A stretch of DNA of 64,000 bases, taken from contig JBEKMW010000007.1 of assembly GCA_049523455.1 (NCBI GenBank), positions 7,918 through 71,917 of the forward strand, given 5' to 3'. Positions 23,767 to 32,728 of this stretch are shown here, in pieces; the first letter of the stretch is position 1; each line of letters starts with the position of its first letter. The notes below the pieces were generated by a model. That model was not told where the DNA came from. It saw only the letters and a program-made list of their open reading frames with translations, and did no database searches. The position numbers and the translations under genes were made by a program. This stretch comes from Verrucomicrobiota bacterium. Its GTDB lineage: Bacteria > Verrucomicrobiota > Verrucomicrobiia > Limisphaerales > UBA11358.

Positions 23767-24182
23767 AGGAGTTCCAGCAACTTCACCTCAGCGGGTAGAT
23801 GTACCCGATCAACAGTGATCTTGGCCTTGTAATCATCAAACGATCAGGCGACTCCAACCTTGGGAACGCCGCCCGGCGCGGGCAATAGAGAAAATCGTTG
23901 AGAAGCGAGAGCGGCAAGGTTTCTCCCTCCTCACTGTCTGAAATTTGAAATTTTGGATTTTCGATTGGGGTCACAGGAGTTCCAGCAACTTCACCTCAGC
24001 GGGTAGATGTGCCCGATCAACAGTGATCTTGGCCTTGTAATCATCAAACGATCAGGCGACTCCAACCTTGGGAACGCCGCCCGGCGCGGGCAATAGAGAA
24101 AATCACTGAGGAGCGAGAGGGGCAAGGTTTCCCGTTCCTCACAGTCTGAAATTTGAAATTTTGGATTTTCGATTGGGGTCAC
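23767..24182 (-). repeat. Two 208-bp tandem units, each a chimera of a cas7 3' end and a cas4 5' end
   Basis: Units are 23767-23974 and 23975-24182, with only a few mismatches. Each encodes ...SFDDYKAKITVDRVHLPAEVKLLELL* (Cas7-like tail) followed by GTG-TPIENPKFQISDSEE..LPLSLLNDFLYCPRRAA (Cas4 start). Confidence 0.85.
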
Positions 24183-24649
24183 AGGAGTTCTATTAACTCC
24201 ACAGTCTTGGACAAACCATTGCGGTTGACGGTCACATCGTAATCGTCGGCGAATGGCCGGGGTGCTCTCCTTTCCGCCTTCACTTTTTCTTTCAACTTCA
24301 CCGTAACACGATCAAAGAGTTGGTGTGCAGGAGAATTGCCGAGTGCCGACTGGTGCTTGAACACGATAAGCTTTCGCGGAGCCATGAGACCGTGAAACGA
24401 TGACTCATCGCCCATGAACATGTTCCGCCCAAATTCCTCCTCGACTGAGGCACGTCCGCAAAGGGCACGGAAAAGCGTGGCCAAGTCGTCTTCAGTGAAG
24501 TTGCTCGGCGGCTTAGCGTGTAAAGCGTCCGGCCGTCTTCGTCCACAGCCGTATGTGCATAGAAGCTCATATCGCCCGGCAGGAGATTTTTCTGATGCCA
24601 TGCGAGCAATAGCAAGACGCCCAACCCGGCGCAAATGTTTTTGATTCAC
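24179..24649 (-). pseudogene. cas7: Cas7 (Csd2, type I-C) 3' fragment; the N-terminal half is missing
   Basis: FTEDDLATLFRAL...NMFMGDESSFHGLMAPRKLIVFKHQSALGNSPAHQLFDRVTV...RPFADDYDVTV matches the Csd2 C-terminal region as I recall it. No upstream cas5, cas8c or cas3. Confidence 0.65.
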
Positions 24650-24815
24650 ATCTCACGCCCGATAAGCTAACCGGCAGGGTTGGACAAATGCAGTCCAACC
24701 CAAAATTTTAATTGCAGGATGCACCGAGTGAATTGCAAACGCGCATTGCAGCAGACCAAGGCCATTCTCTGCGGTGAATTTGCCTTTGCGCCCACGCTGG
24801 GGCTGGCCCGTCAAA

Positions 24816-25235
24816 TCACCCAACGACCGGCTTGGCCCCCGCCTTCATTTTGCCGGCCGGCCAGAATGGCTTGCGGAAGGCGTCCGTGAAGTCGTAGCCG
24901 CTGTGGAAATCGTCGCGCGTGTCCGCGTCCGTCTTGGCCAGCAACTGGTTCCCAACCATGTTGAAGACAATTTCGCCAAAGTCCTCGCAGCGGCGGATGC
25001 CCCATTCCTCAAACACGGTCACCGCCATCGGACCGAATTGCTGGAGCGCATATTGCCGCACCCCCTCGAGCAGTTCCTGCCCGCTCACGTGGCGCAGTTG
25101 CCCGTGGCTTTCCTTGCCGATCAATTTTTGGGTGAAATCAAGCGCCTCGCGGACAAACACGTAGGCTTCGCGCGGATACCGTCCGTCCTTGGCGCAGATA
25201 ATTTCCACCACTTCATCAAAATCAACTTCTTGCAT
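24816..25235 (-). CDS. Minf_1886-like conserved protein (Verrucomicrobia/Planctomycetes-restricted family)
   Basis: FDEVVEIICAKDGRYPREAYVFVREALDFT...HVSGQELLEGVRQYALQQFGPMAVTVFEEWGIRRCEDFGEIVFNMVGNQLLAKTDADTRDDF. Start chosen at ATG 25235. Confidence 0.6.
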   Translation of the reverse strand: MQEVDFDEVVEIICAKDGRYPREAYVFVREALDFTQKLIGKESHGQLRHVSGQELLEGVRQYALQQFGPMAVTVFEEWGIRRCEDFGEIVFNMVGNQLLAKTDADTRDDFHSGYDFTDAFRKPFWPAGKMKAGAKPVVG

Positions 25236-25505
25236 GTTCAAGGTTGGGCCGTCTGAGCCACCGCCGGCGGCGGATGCGCGGTGCGATACCACTTTACCAG
25301 CAACCCCGTCAGCAGCAGTCCCAGGACGATACAGAGAACCAACTGCTCCTGCTTCGTCAGCCTGTTCACATGGCATAATGTAGCGGAATTGCGGCATCTG
25401 TCCACTCAGTCTGCGATTTATGATGTGATTTAAGATTTACGAGACGCTGGAGACGCGCCAAACTCCGCCCATCCGTGTTTCCTGATTCGCAAACTGTCAA
25501 TTGAC

Positions 25506-26261
25506 ATGGCGGCCATTGGACGATTTCAAAAGGGCGGCGAAATTTTCCACGCCAAAGTGGTGGATGGCGAGGTGTTCCGGTTGCACGGCGACGTTTTCGG
25601 CTCGCCGTCGTTCGAACGCAAACCCATCTCCCGCAAGGGCCTCAAGACGCTGGTACCGGTGGTGCCGTCAAAAATCATTGCGGTGGGCCTCAATTACGCC
25701 GACCACGCCCGCGAAACCGGCAAGCCGCTGCCCAAAGTGCCCCTGTTCTGGCTCAAAGCCACCACCTCGCTGGTTCCCGACGGCGGGAAAATTGAGATTC
25801 CCTTTCGCGAGCATCGCACGGATTTCGAGGCCGAATTGGCCATCGTCATTGGACGCAAAATCCGCAGCGTCAGCCCCACCCAGGCGCCGCGATTTATCTT
25901 CGGCTATACCGCCGCCGAAGACATCAGCGACCGGACCATCCAGAATTCCGAGAGCCAGTGGGCGCGCTGCAAATCGTTCGACACCTTCACGCCGCTCGGG
26001 CCGTTCGTGGATACCAAGCTGGATCCGGCGAACCTCTCCATCCAGCTTTTCCAAAACGGCCAATTGCGCCAGAACTCGAACACCAGCCAGCTCATCTTCA
26101 AGCCCGTCGAATTGGTGAGTTTCATCTCCGCCAACATGACCCTGTTGCCCGGCGACGTGATCCTCACCGGCACCCCCGGCGGCATCGGCCCCATCCAGAT
26201 CGGCGACAAACTGGAAGTGCGGATTCAAGGCCTCGCCCCCCTGGTCAACGGCGTCAAGTGA
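25506..26261 (+). CDS. Fumarylacetoacetate hydrolase (FAH) family protein
   Basis: KIIAVGLNYADHARE...EAELAIVIGRK...GYTAAEDISDR...KSFDTFTPLGP...LLPGDVILTGTPGGIGPI. Confidence 0.9.
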   Translation: MAAIGRFQKGGEIFHAKVVDGEVFRLHGDVFGSPSFERKPISRKGLKTLVPVVPSKIIAVGLNYADHARETGKPLPKVPLFWLKATTSLVPDGGKIEIPFREHRTDFEAELAIVIGRKIRSVSPTQAPRFIFGYTAAEDISDRTIQNSESQWARCKSFDTFTPLGPFVDTKLDPANLSIQLFQNGQLRQNSNTSQLIFKPVELVSFISANMTLLPGDVILTGTPGGIGPIQIGDKLEVRIQGLAPLVNGVK

Positions 26262-26330
26262 AGTGAGCAGTCCCAAATCCTCGCCTGAAAAATTATTTAA
26301 ACCGCGAAATACCCATCGTGCCGTGTAATT

Positions 26331-26410
26331 GGTAATGCCGAGTTCAAAAGAGTGATTCCTGCAAATTCGAGAGAATCACTCCTTTTTCACCCTTGGAACT
26401 CGGCATTATC
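26331..26410 (+). other. Two-tier RNA/DNA hairpin upstream of the hydrolase/GT-C module
   Basis: taatgccgagttc (26333-26345) pairs perfectly with gaactcggcatta (26396-26408). An inner stem pairs gagtgattc (26350-26358) with gaatcactc (26373-26381). No T-tract follows. Confidence 0.4.
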
Positions 26411-26521
26411 CGGGGGGGTGAACATGACGAATCGTCGTCAACGCTGTCAAAGCGACATACGACCAGAACTCTGAACGTGGTCGTGTCTGCCGGATATCGT
26501 GGGAAAGAGACTTAACAACGA

Positions 26522-27490
26522 ATGATCGCGCCCCTCGCCAAATTCATTGATTGGTCAGCTCTTCAGATGGCATACGTCGTTGCTCCGCTGAGACACGCGC
26601 CCAGGCCAAAATGGAAATTGGAGGAAGCGCTCGAATTTCTGAATGGGCCGGACTTTATCCCCGCCGCAAGCGATCCGGCGCAGATCGAATTTGATGGGCC
26701 GCGGCATTTCAAATTTCCCACGCCGCGACCGTGCGAGTTCGCCGAGAACAATGTCGTTCATGGCCGGCTATACCGTTCCACGGAACGCTGGCAGGAACGA
26801 CCGGTGATCATTTTATTGGATGGCAGTCCTTCCGTCGGTTATCATACCGCGTTTCCTTTGCTTGCCCGCCGGTTCAATCGGGCAGGATTCAATGTGGCCA
26901 CTTTGGTCGCTCCCTACCATCTTGAACGCCGTCCGCACCGACCCATTGAAGAGAATTGTTTGGAGTTTGCGCGGACTATGGCACAGAACGTCGCCGAGAT
27001 TCGCGCGCTGACTGGCTGGCTGCTTGATGAAGGTTGCCCATCCGTGGGGCTTCTGGGTTTTTCGTTTGGGGGATGGGCTCCGGGATTGACTGCATGCAGC
27101 GATGCACGCATCGCCGCGGTCGTTCTGATTATGCCCGCCGTAGCCTGGCGCATGTGGCGCTCCTCTCCTCCAGTCGTCTGGCGACGGGTTCGGAAAGCGT
27201 TCCAGGCTCTAAGGCCGGCACACGAGGCAATGGATACGACCCGGTTAAATCTTATTTCATCCAAGCCAGTCATCCCGAAAGAAAATATATTGTTGATTAA
27301 AGGAATCCATGATTTGTTCGCGGATACGCAACCGATCGAGGAACTCTGGCAAAAGTGGGAACAACCTGAAATCTGGCGATTGCCCCACGGCCATATCAGC
27401 ACAGCCTTAACCGCATTAGTGCCAGGCTTGTCGGGCCGCGTCCTGCGCTGGCTGGCGCCACGGCTGGACAAGTCCACAAATTGCGGTTGA
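26522..27490 (+). CDS. Alpha/beta hydrolase (paralogue 1)
   Basis: Nucleophile elbow GFSFGG. N-terminus MIAPLAKFIDWSALQ... and the overall sequence parallel 29467..30459. Confidence 0.7.
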   Translation: MIAPLAKFIDWSALQMAYVVAPLRHAPRPKWKLEEALEFLNGPDFIPAASDPAQIEFDGPRHFKFPTPRPCEFAENNVVHGRLYRSTERWQERPVIILLDGSPSVGYHTAFPLLARRFNRAGFNVATLVAPYHLERRPHRPIEENCLEFARTMAQNVAEIRALTGWLLDEGCPSVGLLGFSFGGWAPGLTACSDARIAAVVLIMPAVAWRMWRSSPPVVWRRVRKAFQALRPAHEAMDTTRLNLISSKPVIPKENILLIKGIHDLFADTQPIEELWQKWEQPEIWRLPHGHISTALTALVPGLSGRVLRWLAPRLDKSTNCG

Positions 27491-27499
27491 CTGTTACAA

Positions 27500-29470
27500 A
27501 TGGAAACTTCAAAAAACAACGGCATCGGAACCCAATCGTCGAATTTCTTCAAGCGATTGCTTGAGCACCGTCGGCTTCCCGCGATTCTTGCGATTGGAGC
27601 GATCATTGTCATGCTGCCGGCCTTGAAGGTCGGCTTGGTGGCTGACGATCTGGTCCAGCGAGCGGTTGAATTGAGGCCGGACCAATTGCCGGCACGTATG
27701 CAGGACACGGGCATGCCGCGGAATTCCGGCAGTCTTGGCACCGTGCTCCACGATCTTTTCCCGGGCATAACCCGGATGGCACAGGCGAAGGACTATGGCG
27801 TGCTGCCGTGGTGGGCGCCGGATGATTTACATTTGGGACTTTGGCGTCCGTTGACCGCTTTCACTCACTGGCTCGATTATCGTTTCTTTCCCGATTCGCC
27901 GGCGCTGATGCACGCCGAAAACATCGCGTGCTTCGCAGCCATCGTATTTCTCGTCACGGTCATCTATCGGAAACTGGATGTGACTTCCGGTGGGGCGAGG
28001 CTCCTGACGAGCCGGCTTGCGGGGACACTCGCTCCACCCCCTTCCAAGGCTACCGGGCCAAGTTGGGCGGCAGGGCTGGCGGCGCTGCTGTTCCTGCTCG
28101 ACGGCAACACCTATTTCCCGGTGATGTTTGTTGCGAACCGCGGTTTCATGTTGTCGCTCTTATTTGGACTGTTGTGCTTTTATGAACATCATCAATGGCG
28201 CTCCGCAAAGTCCAGTTCGGCGCTGGCGCTGTCCGCCTTGTTTCTCGCGCTTTCACTCTTTGCCAATGAAGGTGGCGCCTCCACGTTTGCCTTCATCCTC
28301 GCGTATGTCTTGGTGCTCGAACCGGGTTCCCTTGGCCGTCGGGCGCTGACCGTTTTTCCCTCGGTTCTGGTCATTATTCTGTGGCGGGCCGTTTATCAAC
28401 GCTTCACTCCCGGCGTGGCCGGTGTGGGCGGATACATTGATCCGGCCAACGAACCACTTTTGTTTGCGCATGAAGTCGTCCCGCGAACGCTGGTTCTGCT
28501 GGGCGCGCAGATCAGCGGCATCGCGCCGGAATTCCTGCTGGCGGTCAAACCGTCATTGCAGTCGGCGCCGGTGGTCCTTTACGGCGCGCTGTTCATCGTC
28601 GCCTTGACTGTTTTCCTTCCGTGGCTGCGCCGGGACAAAATCGCCGTGTTCTGGCTCGCGGTCATGGTGTTGGCGGCGATCCCGGCGGCCATGGTATTGC
28701 CGTTGTCCAAGAATCTCGGCTTCGTCGCCGTTGGCGCATACGGATTGATTGCCAGTTTTATCAGCGGTCTGGCCAGCCGGCCACGCCAGTTGCCGGAGGC
28801 GCTGCGCTACAAAATTCCGGCTTGGACTGCCTGCGTCTTGCTCTTAATGGCGCATGTTCCGGGAGCCGTCGCTGGAAGAATTCTGACGGTGCAAGCCCTT
28901 CAAGATGTTTTCAAAGCGCTTCCCTATTTCGCCAACGCCGGCCAATCATCGGACTTGGAGAATAAAAATATCGTCGTCATCAACGACCCTTGCGCGCTCA
29001 CGCTGGCCTACGCGCCTTTTTACAAAGCTTATTATCACCGGCCACTACCTCGGAGCATCCGGACGCTCGTGCCGGGCGGCACGGACTTTGATGTCCGGCG
29101 GACCGACGACAAAACCTTGGTGATCCAATCCCGGTCGCCAAACATATTTTCCTGGAACGATCTCGGTCCAGTTCATCGTGTTTACGCGGTAAGCGCCTGC
29201 AACACCGCCATCGGAGTGCCCCAATGCAAACGATGTTCCCTCAACGGTCTTACGGTGGAAGTCCTGGAATCCGATCCCTCCGGCTTGGCCTCGCGGGTGT
29301 CATTCCGATTCGACAAGCCGCTGGAATCGGCAGATTTCCTCTGGCTCCAATGGGATTGGACGTCGGACTCCTTCAAACCGTTTCAACCACCGGCCGTCGG
29401 ACAGAGCGTCCCCCTCCTCGGTCCGTCCTTGATTGCGAACACCGGTCAGAAGAAATATCGAAGCAAATGA
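27500..29470 (+). CDS. Polytopic membrane protein, GT-C (PMT_2/TMTC-like) glycosyltransferase candidate
   Basis: More than 10 hydrophobic helices. The first-loop motif ADDL...LGLWRPLTAFTHWLDYRFFPDSPALMHAENI resembles the YxRPL..LS..LDy..hG..p..H..N motif of GT-C/TMTC-like proteins. Has a ~190-aa C-terminal soluble domain. Confidence 0.5.
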   Translation: METSKNNGIGTQSSNFFKRLLEHRRLPAILAIGAIIVMLPALKVGLVADDLVQRAVELRPDQLPARMQDTGMPRNSGSLGTVLHDLFPGITRMAQAKDYGVLPWWAPDDLHLGLWRPLTAFTHWLDYRFFPDSPALMHAENIACFAAIVFLVTVIYRKLDVTSGGARLLTSRLAGTLAPPPSKATGPSWAAGLAALLFLLDGNTYFPVMFVANRGFMLSLLFGLLCFYEHHQWRSAKSSSALALSALFLALSLFANEGGASTFAFILAYVLVLEPGSLGRRALTVFPSVLVIILWRAVYQRFTPGVAGVGGYIDPANEPLLFAHEVVPRTLVLLGAQISGIAPEFLLAVKPSLQSAPVVLYGALFIVALTVFLPWLRRDKIAVFWLAVMVLAAIPAAMVLPLSKNLGFVAVGAYGLIASFISGLASRPRQLPEALRYKIPAWTACVLLLMAHVPGAVAGRILTVQALQDVFKALPYFANAGQSSDLENKNIVVINDPCALTLAYAPFYKAYYHRPLPRSIRTLVPGGTDFDVRRTDDKTLVIQSRSPNIFSWNDLGPVHRVYAVSACNTAIGVPQCKRCSLNGLTVEVLESDPSGLASRVSFRFDKPLESADFLWLQWDWTSDSFKPFQPPAVGQSVPLLGPSLIANTGQKKYRSK

Positions 29471-30459
29471 TCGCGCCCTTGGCCAAATTAATAGAATGGG
29501 CATCCGTCCAGATTATGTTTAGACAGATGCCGCATCCCGAGGGGCAAAACCTCCGGCTGGACGAAGCGATTCAATTCCTCAAAGGGCCTGATTTTATACC
29601 TGGAGAGAGCCGGCCGGCGCAGCTTGTGTTTGACAATGCGTCGCGCTTTCACTTTCCCACGCCGCGACCGGGCGCGTTCGCAGAGAACAACGTTGTTTAC
29701 GGGCAGATCTATCGTTGCTCAGAACGCTGGCAGGAACGACCGGCGATTATTCTTTTGCATGGGAGGAATGACTCCTTCAGTTATCAGTTTAAATTCCCAA
29801 TGGTTGCGCGCCGCTGCAAGCAGGCTGAATTCAACGCGGCGACATTGGTGTTGCCTTACCACTTTCAACGGCGTCCAAAACAGATGAGGGGATGGGGCGG
29901 ACCGAATCATATGCAGATAGCGGAAGCAACGGCCCAGGGGATTGCCGAAATTCGCGCTCTGATGGGCTGGCTGCTGAAGGAGAGCTGCCCTGCGGTGGCG
30001 CTGTGGGGAATTTCGATGGGCGCATGGTATGCTGGGATGGTGGCGTGCCGCGATGCGCGGCTGGCCGCTGTCGTTCTGGGCGCGCCGTGCGCGCGCATGA
30101 ATCCCTGGCTGGAGCAACGGGCCGTCAGGCCTCGTGTCCGGGCGAGATTGCCGATGGTACGCGAGCTATGCGAGGGGTTGAATCTGACGGCGCTGAATTT
30201 GCTCACGGCCCAGCCGGTCATCCCTGCAAAAAATGTATTATTGATCGAAGCGTCTCATGATTCGATGATGGTCCCGAAGGAGGATACCGAGGACCTCTGG
30301 CGGGCGTGGGGACAGCCCGACATCTGGCGGTTGCCGCACGGACACGTCGGTGCTTGTTGTGGGTTCGTGCCGGGTTTGCCGGGCCGCATCCTTCGCTGGT
30401 TGTCGCCACCGCTGAATGCGCCTGCCGCTCCGGCGTGCCCAAATGACGTTGCCAGATAA
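29467..30459 (+). CDS. Alpha/beta hydrolase (paralogue 2)
   Basis: ATG 29467 overlaps the upstream stop (ATGA). MIAPLAKLIEWASVQ... and nucleophile elbow GISMGA. Collinear with 26522..27490. Confidence 0.7.
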   Translation: MIAPLAKLIEWASVQIMFRQMPHPEGQNLRLDEAIQFLKGPDFIPGESRPAQLVFDNASRFHFPTPRPGAFAENNVVYGQIYRCSERWQERPAIILLHGRNDSFSYQFKFPMVARRCKQAEFNAATLVLPYHFQRRPKQMRGWGGPNHMQIAEATAQGIAEIRALMGWLLKESCPAVALWGISMGAWYAGMVACRDARLAAVVLGAPCARMNPWLEQRAVRPRVRARLPMVRELCEGLNLTALNLLTAQPVIPAKNVLLIEASHDSMMVPKEDTEDLWRAWGQPDIWRLPHGHVGACCGFVPGLPGRILRWLSPPLNAPAAPACPNDVAR

Positions 30460-30740
30460 TGCCGAGTTGCAAAAAGAAAAAAGGCTTGGACAGCATTTGT
30501 CCAACCCCCCGCTCCATAATTCTCGCGTGCACAACTTGAAAAGACATTTGACCGGCTCGGCGAGCACACGCCCCGCTCTTGCGCGCAAGGGCGCGCTGTC
30601 GCATTCGCCGCCCGCGCCGGACGCTCTTCCACCTTGGAAAACTCATTTCTGCCCTAACTCCCTTGATCCGGTCTTTGGCGGTAATGGACGGCAATGGACA
30701 ATCTGTCCCACGAGTAGGGAAACCAGTCCCAGGCGGTCTT

Positions 30741-30880
30741 TGGCGGTAATGAACGGTAATGGACAATATTGGACGGGCATGGGCGGGCATGGGCGATATT
30801 GGGCGATATTGGGCGCTATTGGCCGGCAATGAACGGAGATGAACGGAGATGAACGATATTCAACGATATTCAACACTACT
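30741..30880. repeat. 14-unit degenerate tandem array in strict 10-bp register
   Basis: tggcggtaat|gaacggtaat|ggacaatatt|ggacgggcat|gggcgggcat|gggcgatatt|gggcgatatt|gggcgctatt|ggccggcaat|gaacggagat|gaacggagat|gaacgatatt|caacgatatt|caacactact. Confidence 0.85.
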
Positions 30881-30980
30881 GCGCAGGCCCTTCGCAAAAC
30901 GCCCACGCAGACCAAATTTGCCAGTTCATTCGGAATAAAATTGGCAACCCGCCCTTCGCCCTCCACACTTCCAAATTCGT

Positions 30981-32696
30981 ATGCGTTGGACCCAGACACT
31001 CATTCCGACCCTCCGCGAAGCTCCGGCTGACGCGGAGATTGTCTCCCACAAGTTGCTCCTGCGCGCCGGCCTCATCCGCCGGCTGGCTGGCGGCGTTTAC
31101 ACCTTTCTGCCGCTCGGCTTGCGCGTCCTGCGCAAGGTCGAACAGATTGTCCGCGAGGAAATGGACCGGGCGGGCGCCCTGGAGATGCTCATGCCGGCGC
31201 TGCAACCGCCGGAAATCTGGCAGCAAAGCGGCCGTTACGAAACCGCGCGCGCCGTGCTCTTCCGCCTTAAGGACGCCGGCCAGCGCGAATGGGTGCTCAG
31301 TCCCACGGCCGAGGAGGTCATTACCACCATGGCGGCCAACGAAATCAATTCCTACCGGCAGTTGCCGAAGAATTTCTACCAGATCAGCGTAAAATTCCGC
31401 GATGAAATCCGCCCGCGCTTCGGCCTGATGCGCGCCAAGGAATTCATCATGAAGGACGCCTATTCGTTTGATACCACCGACGAAGACGCCTTGGCCACCT
31501 ATCAAAAAATGTACGACGCCTACGGCCGCATTTTTGCGCGGTGCGGCCTGAAGGCGTTTCCCGTCGAGGCCGACACGGGCGTCATCGGCGGCAATTATTC
31601 GCACGAATTCATGGTGCCGGCCGAGACCGGCGAAAACGAGGTCGCGTTTTGCGAGGGCTGCGGGTACGCGGCGAATATTGAGAAGGCGACCAGTGGCATT
31701 CCCAAAACGGCCGCGCGCGACATCGGGCCGCCCGTTGAAAAATTCGCCACGCCCGGTGTGGTGACGATTGAGGCTTTGACCAAGGCGCCCTACAGCGTGC
31801 CGGCCAACCGGCAAATCAAGACGCTGGTTTACATCGCCGACAGCAAGCCGGTCATCGTTTTGATTCGCGGCGACGACCAGTTGAACGAAACCAAATTCAT
31901 GGGCAAGGCCGGCGCCGTCTCCGCGCGGCCCGCCACCGTGGAGGAAATCGTTCCGTTGCTCGGCGCCAAGCCCGGCTCACTCGGTGCCGCGGTGAACGTT
32001 CCGGCGGGCACCAGGGTTTTGGCCGACGAACGCCTGCGCGGCGCCAATGACATGACGACCGGCGCCAATGAAGACGGATTCCATTTGAAGAACGTGTCCA
32101 TCGAGCGCGACATCAACGTGACGCAATGGTTGGATTTACGCACCGTCAGGGCCGGCGAACCTTGCGCCCAATGCGGCCAGCCGTTGAAAATCCGCCGGGC
32201 GATCGAAGTCGGGCACGTGTTCAAGCTCGGCACCAAATACAGCGAAAAACTGGGCGCGGAATTCCTGGACGAGGCGGGCGCGCGCAAGCCGGCGGTGATG
32301 GGCTGCTACGGCATCGGCGTCACGCGCACCATGCAGGCCGTCATCGAACAGTGCAACGACAAGGACGGCATCATCTGGCCCTTGAGCGTGGCGCCGTATC
32401 AGGTTTGCATCACCCCCTTGAACGTGGACCCCAACAGCGAAGCGATGAAACTGGCCGAAAAGTTCCACACCGACCTGGAGGCACGCGGCGTGGAAGTAAT
32501 GCTGGACGACCGAAACGAACGGCCCGGCGTGAAATTCAAGGACGCGGATCTGGTCGGGTTTCCCATCCGGCTGGGCATCGGCGAGAAATCGCTGGCCAAG
32601 GGTGAAGTGGAAATCAAGCCGCGCGGTGGCGCGTTGCAATTGGTGAAAACCGACGCGGCGCTGGCGAAAATTCTCGAACTGGTGGGCGCGCGGTAA
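30981..32696 (+). CDS. proS: Proline--tRNA ligase (bacterial type with editing domain)
   Basis: MRWTQTLIPTLREAPADAEIVSHKLLLRAGLIRRLAGGVYTFLPLGLRVLRKVEQIVREEM...; 571 aa. Confidence 0.95.
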   Translation: MRWTQTLIPTLREAPADAEIVSHKLLLRAGLIRRLAGGVYTFLPLGLRVLRKVEQIVREEMDRAGALEMLMPALQPPEIWQQSGRYETARAVLFRLKDAGQREWVLSPTAEEVITTMAANEINSYRQLPKNFYQISVKFRDEIRPRFGLMRAKEFIMKDAYSFDTTDEDALATYQKMYDAYGRIFARCGLKAFPVEADTGVIGGNYSHEFMVPAETGENEVAFCEGCGYAANIEKATSGIPKTAARDIGPPVEKFATPGVVTIEALTKAPYSVPANRQIKTLVYIADSKPVIVLIRGDDQLNETKFMGKAGAVSARPATVEEIVPLLGAKPGSLGAAVNVPAGTRVLADERLRGANDMTTGANEDGFHLKNVSIERDINVTQWLDLRTVRAGEPCAQCGQPLKIRRAIEVGHVFKLGTKYSEKLGAEFLDEAGARKPAVMGCYGIGVTRTMQAVIEQCNDKDGIIWPLSVAPYQVCITPLNVDPNSEAMKLAEKFHTDLEARGVEVMLDDRNERPGVKFKDADLVGFPIRLGIGEKSLAKGEVEIKPRGGALQLVKTDAALAKILELVGAR

Positions 32697-32728
32697 CCGG
32701 CCCCGTTGCGCCCGGCGCCGGCCATTTT

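Noticed and set aside
23783-24182. Two 63-aa ORFs (MTPIENPKFQISD...) listed in the track as possible small genes.
   Set aside because: Each is the first ~38 codons of cas4 fused out of frame to a cas7 3' remnant inside the 208-bp tandem units. They are rearrangement by-products, not independent genes.
30667-30880. Considered whether the periodic tract upstream of proS is a second CRISPR array.
   Set aside because: The units are 10 nt, contiguous and degenerate, with no spacers. That is incompatible with CRISPR architecture.
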